64,000 nucleotides of DNA from NCBI RefSeq assembly GCF_026210795.1, contig NC_089429.1, positions 1,984,001-2,048,000 on the forward strand, in the 5' to 3' direction. Positions within the stretch are counted from its first letter, which is position 1. Each line of letters opens with the position of its first letter. Positions 10,990 to 23,029 of this stretch are shown here, one piece after another. The translations under genes were made by a program, and so were the position numbers. This DNA is from Rhizophagus irregularis (taxonomy: Eukaryota). The notes below the pieces were generated by a model that saw only the letters and a program-made list of their open reading frames with translations, did no database searches and was not told the origin of the DNA.

Positions 10990-13290
10990 ATGACTGATCA
11001 CATAGAAGATTCACCCATTAAAATGAAAAATAGAGGAGGTCGGCCACCTAATAGCATTTGGGAAGATATTAATAAAGGAGAAGCTGTTGGTTCTGGCAAA
11101 TTTGCCGCCTCCTGCAAGTACTGTAAGAATACATGGTCACGCGGTGAAGTTTCAAAGCTCGAAGAGCATCTTTCAAACCATTGTCCAGATGCGCCAGCAG
11201 CAGTTGTTAGAAGGTATATGACTAAAGTAATGGAACGGCAAGATAAGTCCAAGTCATCCAAAAAAAGAAAATACTCTGAAGGTCAAAGTAACATGGATGA
11301 TTACCATGATTCAACAGAGCTTAACGAACAAAGATGTACACGAATTAATCGTGCATTAGTTAAATTTTTTATTGCGTGCGGAATTGCGTTTAGAGTAGTG
11401 GAACATCCCTTTTTCATCAATTTTATAAAAGAGCTTAATGCCGGGTACAATACACCAACAAGGGAAGTATTAGTAAATCAACTACTTGAACGTGAATTAG
11501 CTCAAGTGAACTTCAAAGTTAATTCTGAGCTTGAAAAGGAAACGAATTTAACGTTAGGTTTGTTAAATTAAATAGGCTATCATACGTCATTTTTATTTAA
11601 TCTTACTTACTATATAATATTAATTTATAATTTAGCCTTTGATGGTTGGACGTCTGGTACACATCGTTCAATTTGGAACTTCATTGTAATGACTCCGTCG
11701 CGTAAAGAATATCTTTATCAACTTTCTGATTTGTCTGAAAATTCGCACACTGCAGAATATCTAGTTACGGTAATTGAAAAGGTTATAGAAGGTATTGGAG
11801 AAGATCGAATATGTGCTGTAGTTTCCGATAATGCGGCCAATGTTCGTAATGCACGAAAAATTATACATGAGAATCATCCAAAGATTGAGAATGTGCGATG
11901 CGTTGCACATTCTATCAATTTAATTGCATGCGACATCGTCAAGGAGAAGTTTGGGGAACGTTTATTAAAACGTGTTAATATTTTGACAACCTTTTTTAGA
12001 AGTTCTCATCAGGCTAATGCAAAACTTGCTCAAATAATTAAAGAAAAAGGAATTAGTGGAGGAGGATTAAAATTATATTGCAAGACACGCTGGACTACTG
12101 CTAGTGAATCCGTAAATTCAGTAATAAATTTGGAATCAGCACTAGAAGAAATGGCCAGCGATCACGATAAAGTGCTAACAAATGATAAAATAAAACCGAT
12201 TATTCAATCGAGAAATTTTTTTTCAAATTTACGAGTTCTTGGATTTGTTCTGGATCCTCTAAGAAAAGCGGTACTTTCATTAGAATCGAGAAGAGCTACA
12301 CTTGCAGATTGTTTCCTGAGCTTGGCAAGACTTGCAGCTACATTAAAAAAGTTACCCAAATCATTAAATCCTGCATTCCGAAGTCATTGTATCAAAGTAA
12401 TAAATGAAAGATTTGATGAATTCGATGATGATAAGTATATTACTTGTTTTTTTATGGATCCCAGATTTAGAAACGCGCCACTTAAAAAATGCGCCCTCAT
12501 GAGAATTATCAAATGTGCAGCTTCAATCGGGAAAAATTTAGGTTTCGACCGTTACGAAGCTGAAACTTTATGTGATCAAATACAGAAATATATTAATGAG
12601 CAAGAGCCATTTGACCTAGATATCGGTTTTGCTAAAGATAATCCCGTGAATTGGTGGAAATATATTAATACCGAACCAGAACCAGATGTCCTGCCAAGAA
12701 TTGCAAGTTATCTATTTGCAATATGTCCTAACTCAGCAACTTGCGAACGTGGATTTTCGACTTTAGGATGGCTATTTCATAAACGTCGCTTAAATCTTAA
12801 TGTGGATAAACTAGAATCCATGTGCAAATTAATTTTGTATTGGAAATCCAATTCAAAAACTGAACTTGGATTTTATGGAATTGATCAAAAAAAGAATACT
12901 CGTCTTAGTGATGATGAGATCAATATACGTATTGCAGAAGCTTTTGCAGAAGATGACGATGAGGAATATAATGAGGAGCAAGCTTCTACTCAGAGATTAA
13001 CTACAAGCGGCGAAACAATACCCGAAGACAATTGCCGTGTAGTAATCGAAAGTCTATGGATTGATCAATTTGTTAATTTATCGCATGATTCAATTACTAG
13101 TGAAATCGGCGATATTCCAAGAGATATATTGGATGATTCAGATGAAAATAATGCGGAAGATGATGAAGTTGATGATAGTGGTAATAACAAGAGACCCGGA
13201 GAAGGTGACTATGATTATGATATAGATGATGTATTAGGTATGGATGACGGTGATAATAATGACGATAATTATGATGATAATGAGGAATAA
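10990..13290 (+). CDS. hAT transposase (BED finger, DDE, C-terminal dimerization domain), one intron 11558..11635
   Basis: CKYC..HLSNHC; splicing gives TLAFDGWT; VVSDNAAN, RCVAHSINL, TRW, NSATCERGFS. Confidence 0.93.
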
Positions 13291-13910
13291 TAATAATGAG
13301 AAATAATTACAATAGTTAATCCAATGAGAATTAATTCTAATATCATGTGATTTAAATAATGATACTATTTAGGAAATAAATGATGTAATTATGCAGGGCA
13401 AAATATTCGCGATCAAAGTCCAGTTAACATATAATTATGCAGGCAATGCAGGCAATTGTAATTTTATATTATATTTTAAAACATTGCAATTTAATTAAGG
13501 AATAAGGATAAGCATATTATATTTTAAAAATAGTGCAATTTAATTAAGGAATAAGGATAAGCATATTATATTAGAATCAATAAGTTTTAAGGACTTCGTT
13601 AATTAAATTTATTACATTAGATCAATAAATTTTAAGAACTGCGTTACAAAAAAAAATTTAGAACTGCGTTAATTAAATTTATTACATTAGAATCAAAACT
13701 GTGTTTATTTTGTTACAAATACTTTAATTATGTAGAATGTTATTATGTTCATCAGTTCATGTTTTAAACATTATAACGAATTTTAAAATTATTATAAATA
13801 TTATGAAATTTGAATTTTTTTTTCGCAATTCAAAACCAAATTGTATTTTAATTTTCAAATTGTATTTAATTTTCAAATTTCAAGTTACGAAAAAATCATA
13901 AAAATAAAAA

Positions 13911-14585
13911 ATGGCAGCATTAGTACCTTTTGTCCCACCGCCACCACCAGTATTCCAATGGACGATTAACGCAGCTAGGCAATTAATCGCGGAGCGGAGA
14001 AACTTACATCAGCAATTCGAAAGAATTGCAAACCGTCATCATGTAAATGCATGGACAATAATAGCAAATAGGGTGTTCGTTGCAACGGGATTTGCAGCGA
14101 CACCCAGGCAATGCCAAACAAAATGGAATGCCCTCAAACGAGGTTATGAAAACCTCAGTAGGATAATAAATAATAATGATGACGACATTCCTATTATAAG
14201 CCCAAATAGTTTCGATAGAGCGTGTTTTGCTGATATGAACGATGAATTCTGGTTACAAACCGGTAATTATTATTAATTATTATTTTAAATTAATTTTATT
14301 TAGGCAATTCATTCAATTCATTAATATTTTTATTGGATTTTAGATCTGTTTAGACGAGAGTATCGACGGCAGCATGCTGCGCATGATCGACGTCGATATG
14401 AATATAGATTGCGAAGGGAAAGAAGAAGGTCGCGATCTAGGTCTCGATCAAGAAGTAGATCAAGAAGTAGAGATAGAAGACGAGATAGAAGTAGAGATAG
14501 AAGACGAGATAGAAGTAGAGATAGAAGACGGGACAGAAGTAGAGATAGAAGAAGAGGTAGAAGCAGGTCCCCACATAGAAGATAA
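13911..14585 (+). CDS. Myb/SANT-like (trihelix) DNA-binding protein with C-terminal RS/RD repeat domain; intron 14263..14343
   Basis: WT...QLI...WTIIA...TPRQCQTKWNALKRGY. A GT..AG intron joins in frame to DLFRREY...RSRSRSRSRSRSRDRRRDRS...SPHRR*. Confidence 0.75.
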
Positions 14586-15042
14586 AGATATTATTAAATT
14601 TTAATTTTTATTATATTTTTAATCGTGTATTTTATTAGTTTAATATTAAATATTATAAAATAAATATTTACATACAAAAAATCATATTGTCTTTAATCTT
14701 TATTCTTATAAATTGTTTAAATGCCGAAACTCTAATTAAATCATATAGAAAGTATTGCCGAAACGCCGAAACAGTTTCGGCAAGTTACGGCAGTTTCGCG
14801 ATTTTGATAGGTTTCGCAGTTTCGGCATTTCTTGATGATTTCGCGAAACTAGTTTCGGCAGTTTCGCGTACGCCATTCTGCCGAAACCCTCTAGTTTCGG
14901 CAAGCAACCTTAGCTGTCAGTGCTGTTAATAATGCTTGCGAATTCGGTATATGTTGACATGATTCTTTGTACTTTGTAAAAAATATAAATCTTCAGTTAC
15001 CTGTTCATTCAAATAAGAAAAAATAAGTATGAACCTCGGGGT

Positions 15043-15579
15043 TTACACTTGGGATACTGCAAGGCAGTAGAAGTGTCGCTCGGCCTTTTGTATCAATGGA
15101 GAGCCTGGTCTATATAACCAGGGGATAGCGACTTTCTGGATAATCCTAGCCGCTTTATTGTTCCTTCTTTCTATATATCTCCTAAAGGCTTTCTGGATCA
15201 TTTCAGCATGATGAGTATAATAGTCGAAATTAAAATGCTTTGAACAACTATATAAATGTAGTCGTACTGCTTGATCCATGGAAGTGTCGGCTCCCCATCC
15301 GCGATCAATAAAAGATTTACAGTAGGTACAGTACCACTTATTTGGTAGTCGTGATACTATTCTCCTAATGTGCACAATATAAGCATATACAGCTTGACGA
15401 GACCTTGGATAAGGTAGCCGCCTATGAAAACCTATTCTACTACAAGTCTCATAATATTGCACAGCATTCTGAATGCGCTTAGCCCACATGTGGAAACTTT
15501 CGTCGTCTTGTCTACCTAATCCGTCGGTGTTTTGCATTTGGGTATCTTGTAAGATTACATATCCCATAGGTTTATTCAA
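15043..15579 (-). CDS. IQ-motif/Zn-finger-like small protein (element cargo)
   Basis: AEMIQKAFRRY and AARIIQKVAIPW IQ-like motifs; CTYC..HLYSC. Start codon uncertain. Confidence 0.6.
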   Translation of the reverse strand: MNKPMGYVILQDTQMQNTDGLGRQDDESFHMWAKRIQNAVQYYETCSRIGFHRRLPYPRSRQAVYAYIVHIRRIVSRLPNKWYCTYCKSFIDRGWGADTSMDQAVRLHLYSCSKHFNFDYYTHHAEMIQKAFRRYIERRNNKAARIIQKVAIPWLYRPGSPLIQKAERHFYCLAVSQV

Positions 15580-15630
15580 TTATGCCATCACGATATGTCA
15601 GTAAAAAATAAACCTACCAGTTCTTAGCAA

Positions 15631-17484
15631 TCATGTCCAGATAACCTTGTTTGCATTTTTCACATGGCAGTATCCCGCGGTTTCAAACTTGAAAGTCTTT
15701 AGAGTCGTATCTGCATTCTCTGAACAAGTGAAAAGCGCGGGGCTATCTGGCTGCTCTTCTAAAATAAATCCGTCTGTATGGATACGTCGTACTTTATCCT
15801 TGTATGGTTGAATTGCCTCAGATGTGATTTTGCGACCACGTGCTAATAAGAATGGGGCGATCCTGGGATACTCACCTTTGAAGGGATTACCCGGGTTTGT
15901 AAACTGGAATTGCCACTGGTCAGATCCTACTGGTATGATAGAGTCGAGTGTATGGCCCTCTGGAAATGTAAATGGGTCTGTTTGATCTGTGGTGAGTGTC
16001 TTGTAATTACGCTTCCTCTGGCATAATGCTCCCCATAATGTGTTGAGGACTCGCTTTGCCACGCGGCCAGCTATGCCACCCTGGTTTTTAATTTTGAAGA
16101 GGAAGTGTACATACTCACCGAATATTACAGTTCCAGGGATTCTCGCTTGTCTATCATATATCAATGCATTTGGCTTCCCATCCTGTATTAACTGTATATT
16201 GAGACCAAGTTTTTTTGCTCGTTGTAAGTCGATGAATGTATAGATTCCCCTTTTATTCTGTCGGAAGAGAATATTATTTCCACTTACCTTAGCACGAAAT
16301 AATCCATACAAGGCATAACCCCTGTGGTCAACAAAGTCATTAAGTGTCTGGAATTTACCCCGTCTGATTGGAAAGTTCACATTCGATTGTTGGATACTCG
16401 GGTATAAACTTGTTGCGTCGTACTGTCTTCCATAGCCCTTCCACTCGTTATCTGCCCAGATTAATCCTCCCATCATTGCATCACTTATCCACTCTGCTTC
16501 TATCGGGTCAAGAGGATCATTAGCCGGAATCCCTACACTTAATCGTTCGAATAACCAGAGAGCCGTTCTTTTGTAAGACCAGTTATGGTATGATAAGTCG
16601 ATTCCTAAACCGAACTTCTTTGTCTCCTGTAGAAAGGAATTCCGCTCCTCGTGGATTCTCTGATATGCTTCTTCGAGAGTTTCATATACCCCAGTCTTAC
16701 AGTTTTTCTCGACGGGGATGAAAAAACTCTTGGAATTCTTAGTTTTTTGAAACTGCCCAATTGTGCAAGAATTAACCGTTTTGCCGTTGTATATTGTGAC
16801 TACATTATTGGTCCCATCTTCATGGTATACAATGGGTAAATTACGCTTTCTATCTATTTTACTGGGGTGGAGTCTTTCAGGATTTAACGCGAGGGAGTAA
16901 TGGCCTTCTGATAGGATGAGTGTTACACATCTATCGGACTTACTCTTAGAGATTCGGGTAATGTCAACCACAATATTAATTGCGAGACTTCCTGCGAGTT
17001 GTTCAACCTTGTCCATGCATGAAACTGGGATGGGAGCATCGCGATTGAGACCTAATGCCTTTTTGATATACTCGGGCTTTTCGATTGACTTTGGCATTTT
17101 AGAGAATGTGCCGTAGATATATTTTAGGCATTCATACAGGCAATCATTTAGCTGCCTGTTGCAACCCCTTGCAACTGGTGGGGCATCTCTCACATAAATT
17201 ATGAATCGTTCAAAATAATCAGGGTCTGCGTCATCCGGTAGTTGTGCTTCGTCGTAGTGGTCCAAGAGTGAGAGGAGACTGGCTGGTTGGTTTCCTGATG
17301 TCCATCCACCGGGTTTCCAGTTTTCATAGGGGAGCAGGATCTGGAATTTATGTGTCGGATACCGGAATTGGAGTCGCTGTCCAAGTTTTGCTATTGCTCC
17401 TCTGGAAAATCTTGCGCCTGAATACTGTAATTCTTTAATATCCGGTCTTGTAGGTAAAGCACGGACAATCTCTGAATAAACCAT
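15631..17484 (-). CDS. Family-B DNA polymerase (protein-primed/organellar-viral type), compact
   Basis: MMGG, YDATSLYPS (motif A), KRVLNTLWG (motif B), HTDG (motif C). Confidence 0.88.
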   Translation of the reverse strand: MVYSEIVRALPTRPDIKELQYSGARFSRGAIAKLGQRLQFRYPTHKFQILLPYENWKPGGWTSGNQPASLLSLLDHYDEAQLPDDADPDYFERFIIYVRDAPPVARGCNRQLNDCLYECLKYIYGTFSKMPKSIEKPEYIKKALGLNRDAPIPVSCMDKVEQLAGSLAINIVVDITRISKSKSDRCVTLILSEGHYSLALNPERLHPSKIDRKRNLPIVYHEDGTNNVVTIYNGKTVNSCTIGQFQKTKNSKSFFIPVEKNCKTGVYETLEEAYQRIHEERNSFLQETKKFGLGIDLSYHNWSYKRTALWLFERLSVGIPANDPLDPIEAEWISDAMMGGLIWADNEWKGYGRQYDATSLYPSIQQSNVNFPIRRGKFQTLNDFVDHRGYALYGLFRAKVSGNNILFRQNKRGIYTFIDLQRAKKLGLNIQLIQDGKPNALIYDRQARIPGTVIFGEYVHFLFKIKNQGGIAGRVAKRVLNTLWGALCQRKRNYKTLTTDQTDPFTFPEGHTLDSIIPVGSDQWQFQFTNPGNPFKGEYPRIAPFLLARGRKITSEAIQPYKDKVRRIHTDGFILEEQPDSPALFTCSENADTTLKTFKFETAGYCHVKNANKVIWT

Positions 17485-17567
17485 TTGATGTATTTATGAA
17501 TTGTGTTCAGTTGTAATATAGGTTTTTTATACAAAAAATATAAGATAACTAAGAAGTGCTTATCTTA

Positions 17568-20044
17568 TTAAAAGGAGTCAATCTTGCTGCATACACGATC
17601 AAGATCCTCTTCATCCCAGTCGTCGATGAGTCCATTGGCGGCTTCCCATTCACGTTCCATATCGGTTTTTGGACGTTCTTCGGGGATCTCTCGCGCTTTA
17701 CCCTTATCTGCCCTCATAGTTTCATAACCAGAGGGGGTGGGGATAATTTCAGCATCACGATTATCCTTGTATACTCTTATTAAATCTGCGAGTTCTTTAC
17801 GACTAGGTGTTTTAGGTAAGTATCCATTATATTCGATCCAGTCCTTGAAGCAGTCTACTACTTCCATAAGGTAATACTGGTACTCGTCCTCAATACGCGT
17901 TGTGGGACATTCCTCTACTTCAAACGCGAGTATTTCCCAGTCGTATTCATCTGACGCGTCTTGGTACTTGGCCCATAATTCCTTACCTGTATTGTAGAGA
18001 TCATCGAAGGTTTGGTCCTTTGAATTTTTAACCCACGGTTTGCGATCCCATCGGTGTCTTTCATGCCAAGCCCAGTGCGCTCGAGTGCCTTCCTTTGGTT
18101 CAGGATCCTGGTCGACTTCTGGTTCTGTGTCGGGTTCTGGGATAAATTGCTCTTCAGGAGCCGGTTCTGGGTCAGGCTTAGTGACAGATGCAGAAGATTC
18201 TGCGGGAGACTCGAGTTGTTGTTCAGGAGTTGGGTCCACGGTTGTAAAATCTGAGTCAGATAGCAAGTCATCTAAAACGTCATAGTCATCATCTGGTTCA
18301 GGGGTAAGTTCTTCTTGGTCAGGTTCCTCGTCAGATAGATAACAATCTGAGAAGCTATCTATAGGTTTATCAGTGTCTGACTCATTAGTATCTTCATCGG
18401 GATCCGGTTGTTCTTCCCTTAACTTTTGTGGACGTTCTTTTAAGTGATCAGGCTTGGGTGGAAGCGGTGGAGGAGTCTTGCGAATTACAGGTGCGGGTTT
18501 TTCCTCAGCGGGTTTCTCTTGTACGTCTTGTGGATTGTTGGCTGGATTATATATATTTGCCAAGAACTTCTCTAAGGCTTTGGGATCTGATGCGGGTTTT
18601 TTAGAAGTCTCTATATCGATTCCTTCTATGTCTATCTCGTCTGTTTCGTGGATCCAGTTTTTGCTGAGGAATTTCTTGTAGAGGTCCTCCCTGGATATGC
18701 TGTAAACTCGAGTGCGCTTCTTATCAATATACATTCGATCACTATTTATATTTAACTCATTTGATAGGATTCTAGAAGCATTTATCTTTGATAGGGGTGA
18801 AATGCAATGAGTTTCGCAATATGAAGTATATACCCTATAAAATTCTTGAACAGGTAGGTCGGTCATATAATTTTTCATTACGAGATATGTGTCCTTTATA
18901 AATTGGAATAGCGGTGGAAGAGTCGAGATGATATGTTCCTGTTTGGATGTTGTCATAGGTGGCGGATTTCCATTGAAGTCCGGGTAAGCATTCGCGATGG
19001 CTCTCAAGTATGCATAGAATGCCTCACTGGCGCCTGGGTATTTCATAGCGTCACCGAGTTTTTTGAAGTAGTTGAGGTCTCCCTTGCGAGATGGTGACAC
19101 GTCCAAGAACACTGTGCGCCTATCATCATTCTCCACTCTGAGAGCATTTTCGTTGGTTAGGATGATAGTGGACATAAAGTTCTTGTAATGTGTTGGCGTC
19201 TTGTATTTTTCATGGATTTCCATTATGTCACTCGTTACCTTATCTTTTAAAGAGCGATATAGATTATTCCACTGGCTTTTTTCTGTGGGCATTTCCTCGA
19301 GAAGGAGAAGAATCTTACCTTGTAATTGCCCATTGAAACTTCCAAGAATCGTCTGAGGATCGCTGGTCTTATAAACGAGTTGAGTGCCTAGGGACGCTGC
19401 GCTGAATGAAATCTGTTATAATACCTTTGCCCCAACCCTGTCCAGATTTCAGGTAAAGGATCGAGTACATCTTCCTTCCAGCAGATACACCGGCCAACCA
19501 CTTGATGATATACTCAGTGAGATTCCAATCACCCGAACACCAGATATCCTGAATGTGAGGAAGATAAATTTAACCGCGAGGTGAATTGTAGACTCAAAGG
19601 TAGATATCGGACGTAAGACGTGGAGGAATCCGGGAAGATATTTAGATAGAGTTGGCCGGTTAAGGATCTGAAGATTCGCTGTTTATGGGGATCACAGGTT
19701 GCATTACATACATCGGTATTCTCGACCATAAACCATTTGTAGATGTTGAACTCGGTCTTTTGAGAGGGTCCTTGTTCAGATTGTGTGTAGAATGCCTTCG
19801 TGATTGGACGGATAAGTTTACCAATATTTTTGTCAATAACGTGTTTCAAACTTTTACTATCCGGGTCCCACCAGAAAACCCCATGAAAATCTGCACAGGG
19901 AATGAAATAACTGCAAAGATACCTCTTGGCTTGATCGAGGTCACTCATACTCTTTGCAGCGACAATAAGCCGTTTAAGCTCATCGATACTGAAGGCTTTC
20001 GTTTGTTCACCGAACTTAGGGATAACTTGAGCTTGAGCGGTCAT
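17568..20044 (-). CDS. SF3/D5-like helicase (about 825 aa once reconstructed), three 1-nt indels in this copy; acidic Pro-rich C-terminus
   Basis: Walker A SGQGWGKG, Walker B LLLLEE, motif C IILTNEN, DDRR. Indels near 19630, 19560 and 19392 relative to copy 2. Confidence 0.82.
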
Positions 20045-20339
20045 TTTTTCGTTCTATCAAATCGAGTACTAATTTATAGTTACCTAATCTTCAATTGCCG
20101 AATGTATTTTTTCCAAAGATCCGCGCTCCTACCCGGTTATCCTCCTGCGGTTCTACAGACCTTCTAGGGATTATACTTGCATGTCAGAGTAATATGTTTA
20201 CCTGAGTATGTTAGAAGTGCAGATTACCCGCTTACTTGCTCACTGCGTTCGCTTTACATAAAAGTAATCAACCCGCTAACCGAAGATATAAACCTACCCG
20301 CTGACCTACCTGTTATCAGTTCGAAAAGCCGATTGGAGG

Positions 20340-20675
20340 CTAAGAAATGTGGGACAGATTTTTTGGGACAGACGGGACCGATGGGACGCATTTTGGGGGG
20401 TAAAAATAAAACTTTTTCTGGGGGGATGTCCTTTCCTATATTTCTGAAATATCTGTCCCATTTGTCCCATCTGTCCCCCCCCTCTTATTCTCTCTTCTTT
20501 TGCTTCCTTTTCTATTGTTTTCTGGTTTTTGGTTATATATTTATGGGACAGATATGGGGACAGATATGGACAAATATATGGGGAGTCATACCCCCACGGA
20601 GGGGGGATGTAGGTACTGCGAAGCCGTGGCCGAGGTGGGGTGAGCGCTAGCGAGACACACTACCAGCCCGACGAC
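20340..20675. repeat. Terminal region of the virus-like element with direct and inverted GGGACA/TGTCCC repeats
   Basis: About ten (G)GGACA-type units in three clusters of alternating orientation; CGCTAGCG palindrome near the end. Confidence 0.75.
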
Positions 20676-20683
20676 AAAGATAA

Positions 20684-21368
20684 AGATTCGTAAGTACAGT
20701 ACGAATCTTTATATATTTTTTATTTTTATTTTTTTTTATCATTTTGGAACAGTTTACTAACCGTTCCTTTCTTTTTTTTATAGGTTCAGGCGGGCTTTTG
20801 TGTGGAAAAACCAAGATTCGTAAATACGAATCTTGGTTTAATTTTTTTAATTTTTTTTTTTTAATATTAATGAACGGTTACTAATAACCGTTCTTTCTTT
20901 TTTTTAGGATCGGGTGGAGTGGGCTTCCGACCTTCGGGAAAAGAAGAACCAAGATTCGTAAATACGAATTTTGGTTTATTTTTTTTTAAATTTTTTTTTT
21001 TAATATTAATGAATGGTTACTAATAACCGTTCTTTCTTTTTTTTAGGATTGGGTGGGCTTCTGACCTTTGGGAAAAGAGAAACCAAGATTCGTAAGTACG
21101 AATCTTGGTTTATTTTTTTTGATTTTTTTTTTTAATATTAATGAACGGTTACTAACTAATAACTGTTCTTTTCTTTTCTTTTTAGGTCTCGGGTGTTTCA
21201 GATGTCTTCTGAAGAACGGAAAAAACCAAAGATTCGTAAGTAAGTACGAATCTTGGTTTTTTTTCTTATTTTTTTTTAATATTATGAACGGTTACTAACC
21301 GTTCTTCTCTTTTTTTTATAGGTTCGGGTGGATTGCTAAAGAACAATCAAAGATTCGTATATACGAAT
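20684..21368 (+). repeat. Tandem array (about 130-140-bp units, 5-6 copies) of micro-exon/hairpin-intron units
   Basis: CCAAGATTCGTAARTACGAATCTTGG hairpin, GAACGGTTACTAA(TAA)CCGTTC hairpin, polypyrimidine tract then TAG in each unit. Confidence 0.75.
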
Positions 21369-21539
21369 ACATGAATCATGTAATTGTGGAATTGTATTTG
21401 AATTAGCAATATTTTTTGTAAATTAGATAGATGCAATAATAATAATATAATTCTAAAGTATTTAAGCATTAATAAATACATTTATTTAATAAATTTGATA
21501 AAAAAAATCAAAATAAATTCATAAATAAATGGGTTGTTA

Positions 21540-22132
21540 TTAGACCATAATTCGGCTTAAAGTTTTAATGTCGAATATTGGTCAATTTAAGCCTGAATAA
21601 TGGTCGAATAATTTGTCCAAATTTGGGACGATTGGCACCCTCCCTATAAAAAAAAATTTTACTTAAAATATATTTAAATTGTATTTAATTTTCTTTAAAA
21701 TATACTTAATTTTCTTATTTTATACTTAAAATATACTGAAAATTGAATTTTCACAAAATTTAAATTAAATTGTATTTAATATATACTTAAAATATATTTA
21801 ATTTACACTTAAATTTTGCCTATTTCAGTATATTTTAAGAATATTTAAAATAAGAATATTTTAAGTATATTATTATGTACTTAAATTATACTTAAATAAT
21901 ACTTAATTTTTGCCTATTTCAGTATATTTTAAGTATAAAATAAAATTTTAAATATATTTTAAGTATAAAATAAAATTTTAAGTTTATTTTAAGTATATTT
22001 TGGCAAAAATATTTTTTATAGGGGCCTAAATGCGCCCAAAAATTCGACCTCAATTTGACACAGATTAGATCATCATTCAACCTATATTTGACCTGGTCAA
22101 ATTTAGGTCGAATTGTCAATTTTCTACTAGTG
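21540..22132. mobile_element. Probable right end of a CACTA/EnSpm-type element with an internal AT-rich insert
   Basis: Ends TTTCTACTAGTG (reverse complement CACTAGTAGAAA); subterminal GGTCGAA/TTCGACC repeats; internal CCCTATAAAAAA..TTTTTTATAGGG inverted pair 21642..22023. Other end not seen. Confidence 0.4.
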
Positions 22133-22416
22133 TGATTTGACACTTTTTTATTACACATCTGGAAAAATCTATCACAAAAGAATCAGCACTTGCGTAATTA
22201 GGATACTGTATATTATTATTATGTATTACAAAGTATTACGAACAAACGACATTACCTATTTAATTGCAATTGTCTTTTATTACCAAAAAATATCCAGTCT
22301 AAATTTTACTTGCAGGCTCAGTGATTAGAAAATAAATTTATATTGTTATACAAAATAATTGCTGTATCGATATTATCGATATTTAACTAACAAATACAAT
22401 ATCTAGTTATTTAGTG

Positions 22417-22659
22417 TAAGGTTGCTTGTCTAAACCTCTTCAAAATCCTATGATTAGTTTCGTCAAAATTTTACTATAGATTTATTATAGTTTCGGCAGA
22501 GTTTCGGCAGTTTCGGCATTTATAATAAGTTTCGGCAGTTTCGTCTTTCTCTAAAATTTCGCCAGTTTTTTAATATAACTTTAATATAGTTTTGGCAGAA
22601 TTTCACTTTTTGGCGAAACGCCATCTTGCCTAAACCCTAGGTTTCGGCAAGCAACCTTA
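22417..22659. mobile_element. hAT MITE of the same TIR family as 10482..14912
   Basis: TAAGGTTGCTTG...CAAGCAACCTTA termini, GTTTCGGC repeats, 8-bp TSD ATTTAGTG (22409-22416, 22660-22667). Confidence 0.93.
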
Positions 22660-23029
22660 ATTTAGTGATATCATTTGAATCGTTCGTTAGTAATCAAAGA
22701 AATTCACATTATTGATTAGGGTAATACTGTACAAAAATAAAATTGAAAAAAAACCGATAAATACGAGAAGAGTTCATTAACTTCAAAAGTCGTAAAATTG
22801 TTAACAATATTTGTGATATTTGTCATAAACAGTTTTTACCTATTTAACAGATTTACAAAATTAAAATAACGATTTTGAATTACTTAAATTATATGAATTA
22901 ACATAAGCGAAGCGAAAGAAAAATATTTTTAAGTATAACAATCTAGAGAAAATTGGATACATTATTGCGAATGGATCGTTATAAACAAATAAACTAGAAA
23001 GTATATCAATAACCTAAAGTTTTTGTCAA

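Larger units (their letters stand above)
10482..14912 (+). mobile_element. Autonomous hAT DNA transposon
   Basis: 19-bp perfect TIRs TAAGGTTGCTTGCCGAAAC / GTTTCGGCAAGCAACCTTA; 8-bp TSD GCTGTCAG (10474-10481, 14913-14920); subterminal GCCGAAAC repeats; empty site in copy 2. Confidence 0.97.
10052..14961 (-). pseudogene. 156-aa element ORF disrupted by hAT insertion
   Basis: Intact homolog at 60594..61064; here split by the 10482..14912 insertion within the first codons, with a further single-base deletion near 10110. Confidence 0.85.
1..20675 (-). mobile_element. Virus-like/Polinton-like element, copy 1 (helicase + PolB + small ORFs); left end outside window; contains nested LINE and hAT
   Basis: Reverse-complement near-identity with 54881..64000 stops abruptly after ...CCAGCCCGACGAC at 20675. 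Co-oriented intronless genes, visibly higher GC than the flanks. Confidence 0.85.

Noticed and set aside
14374..14604. Acidic 76-aa ORF (EVEIEDEI repeats)
   Set aside because: Alternative frame of the RS-domain exon that splices in frame to the Myb exon.
20177..20650. ORFs over the element terminus (also 54842..55377)
   Set aside because: Frames differ between the two copies because of homopolymer indels; they overlap terminal repeats and show no protein motifs.
20684..21368. CRISPR-like palindromic repeats with spacers
   Set aside because: The intervening sequences are homologous and carry splice signals; period about 135 bp; no cas genes.
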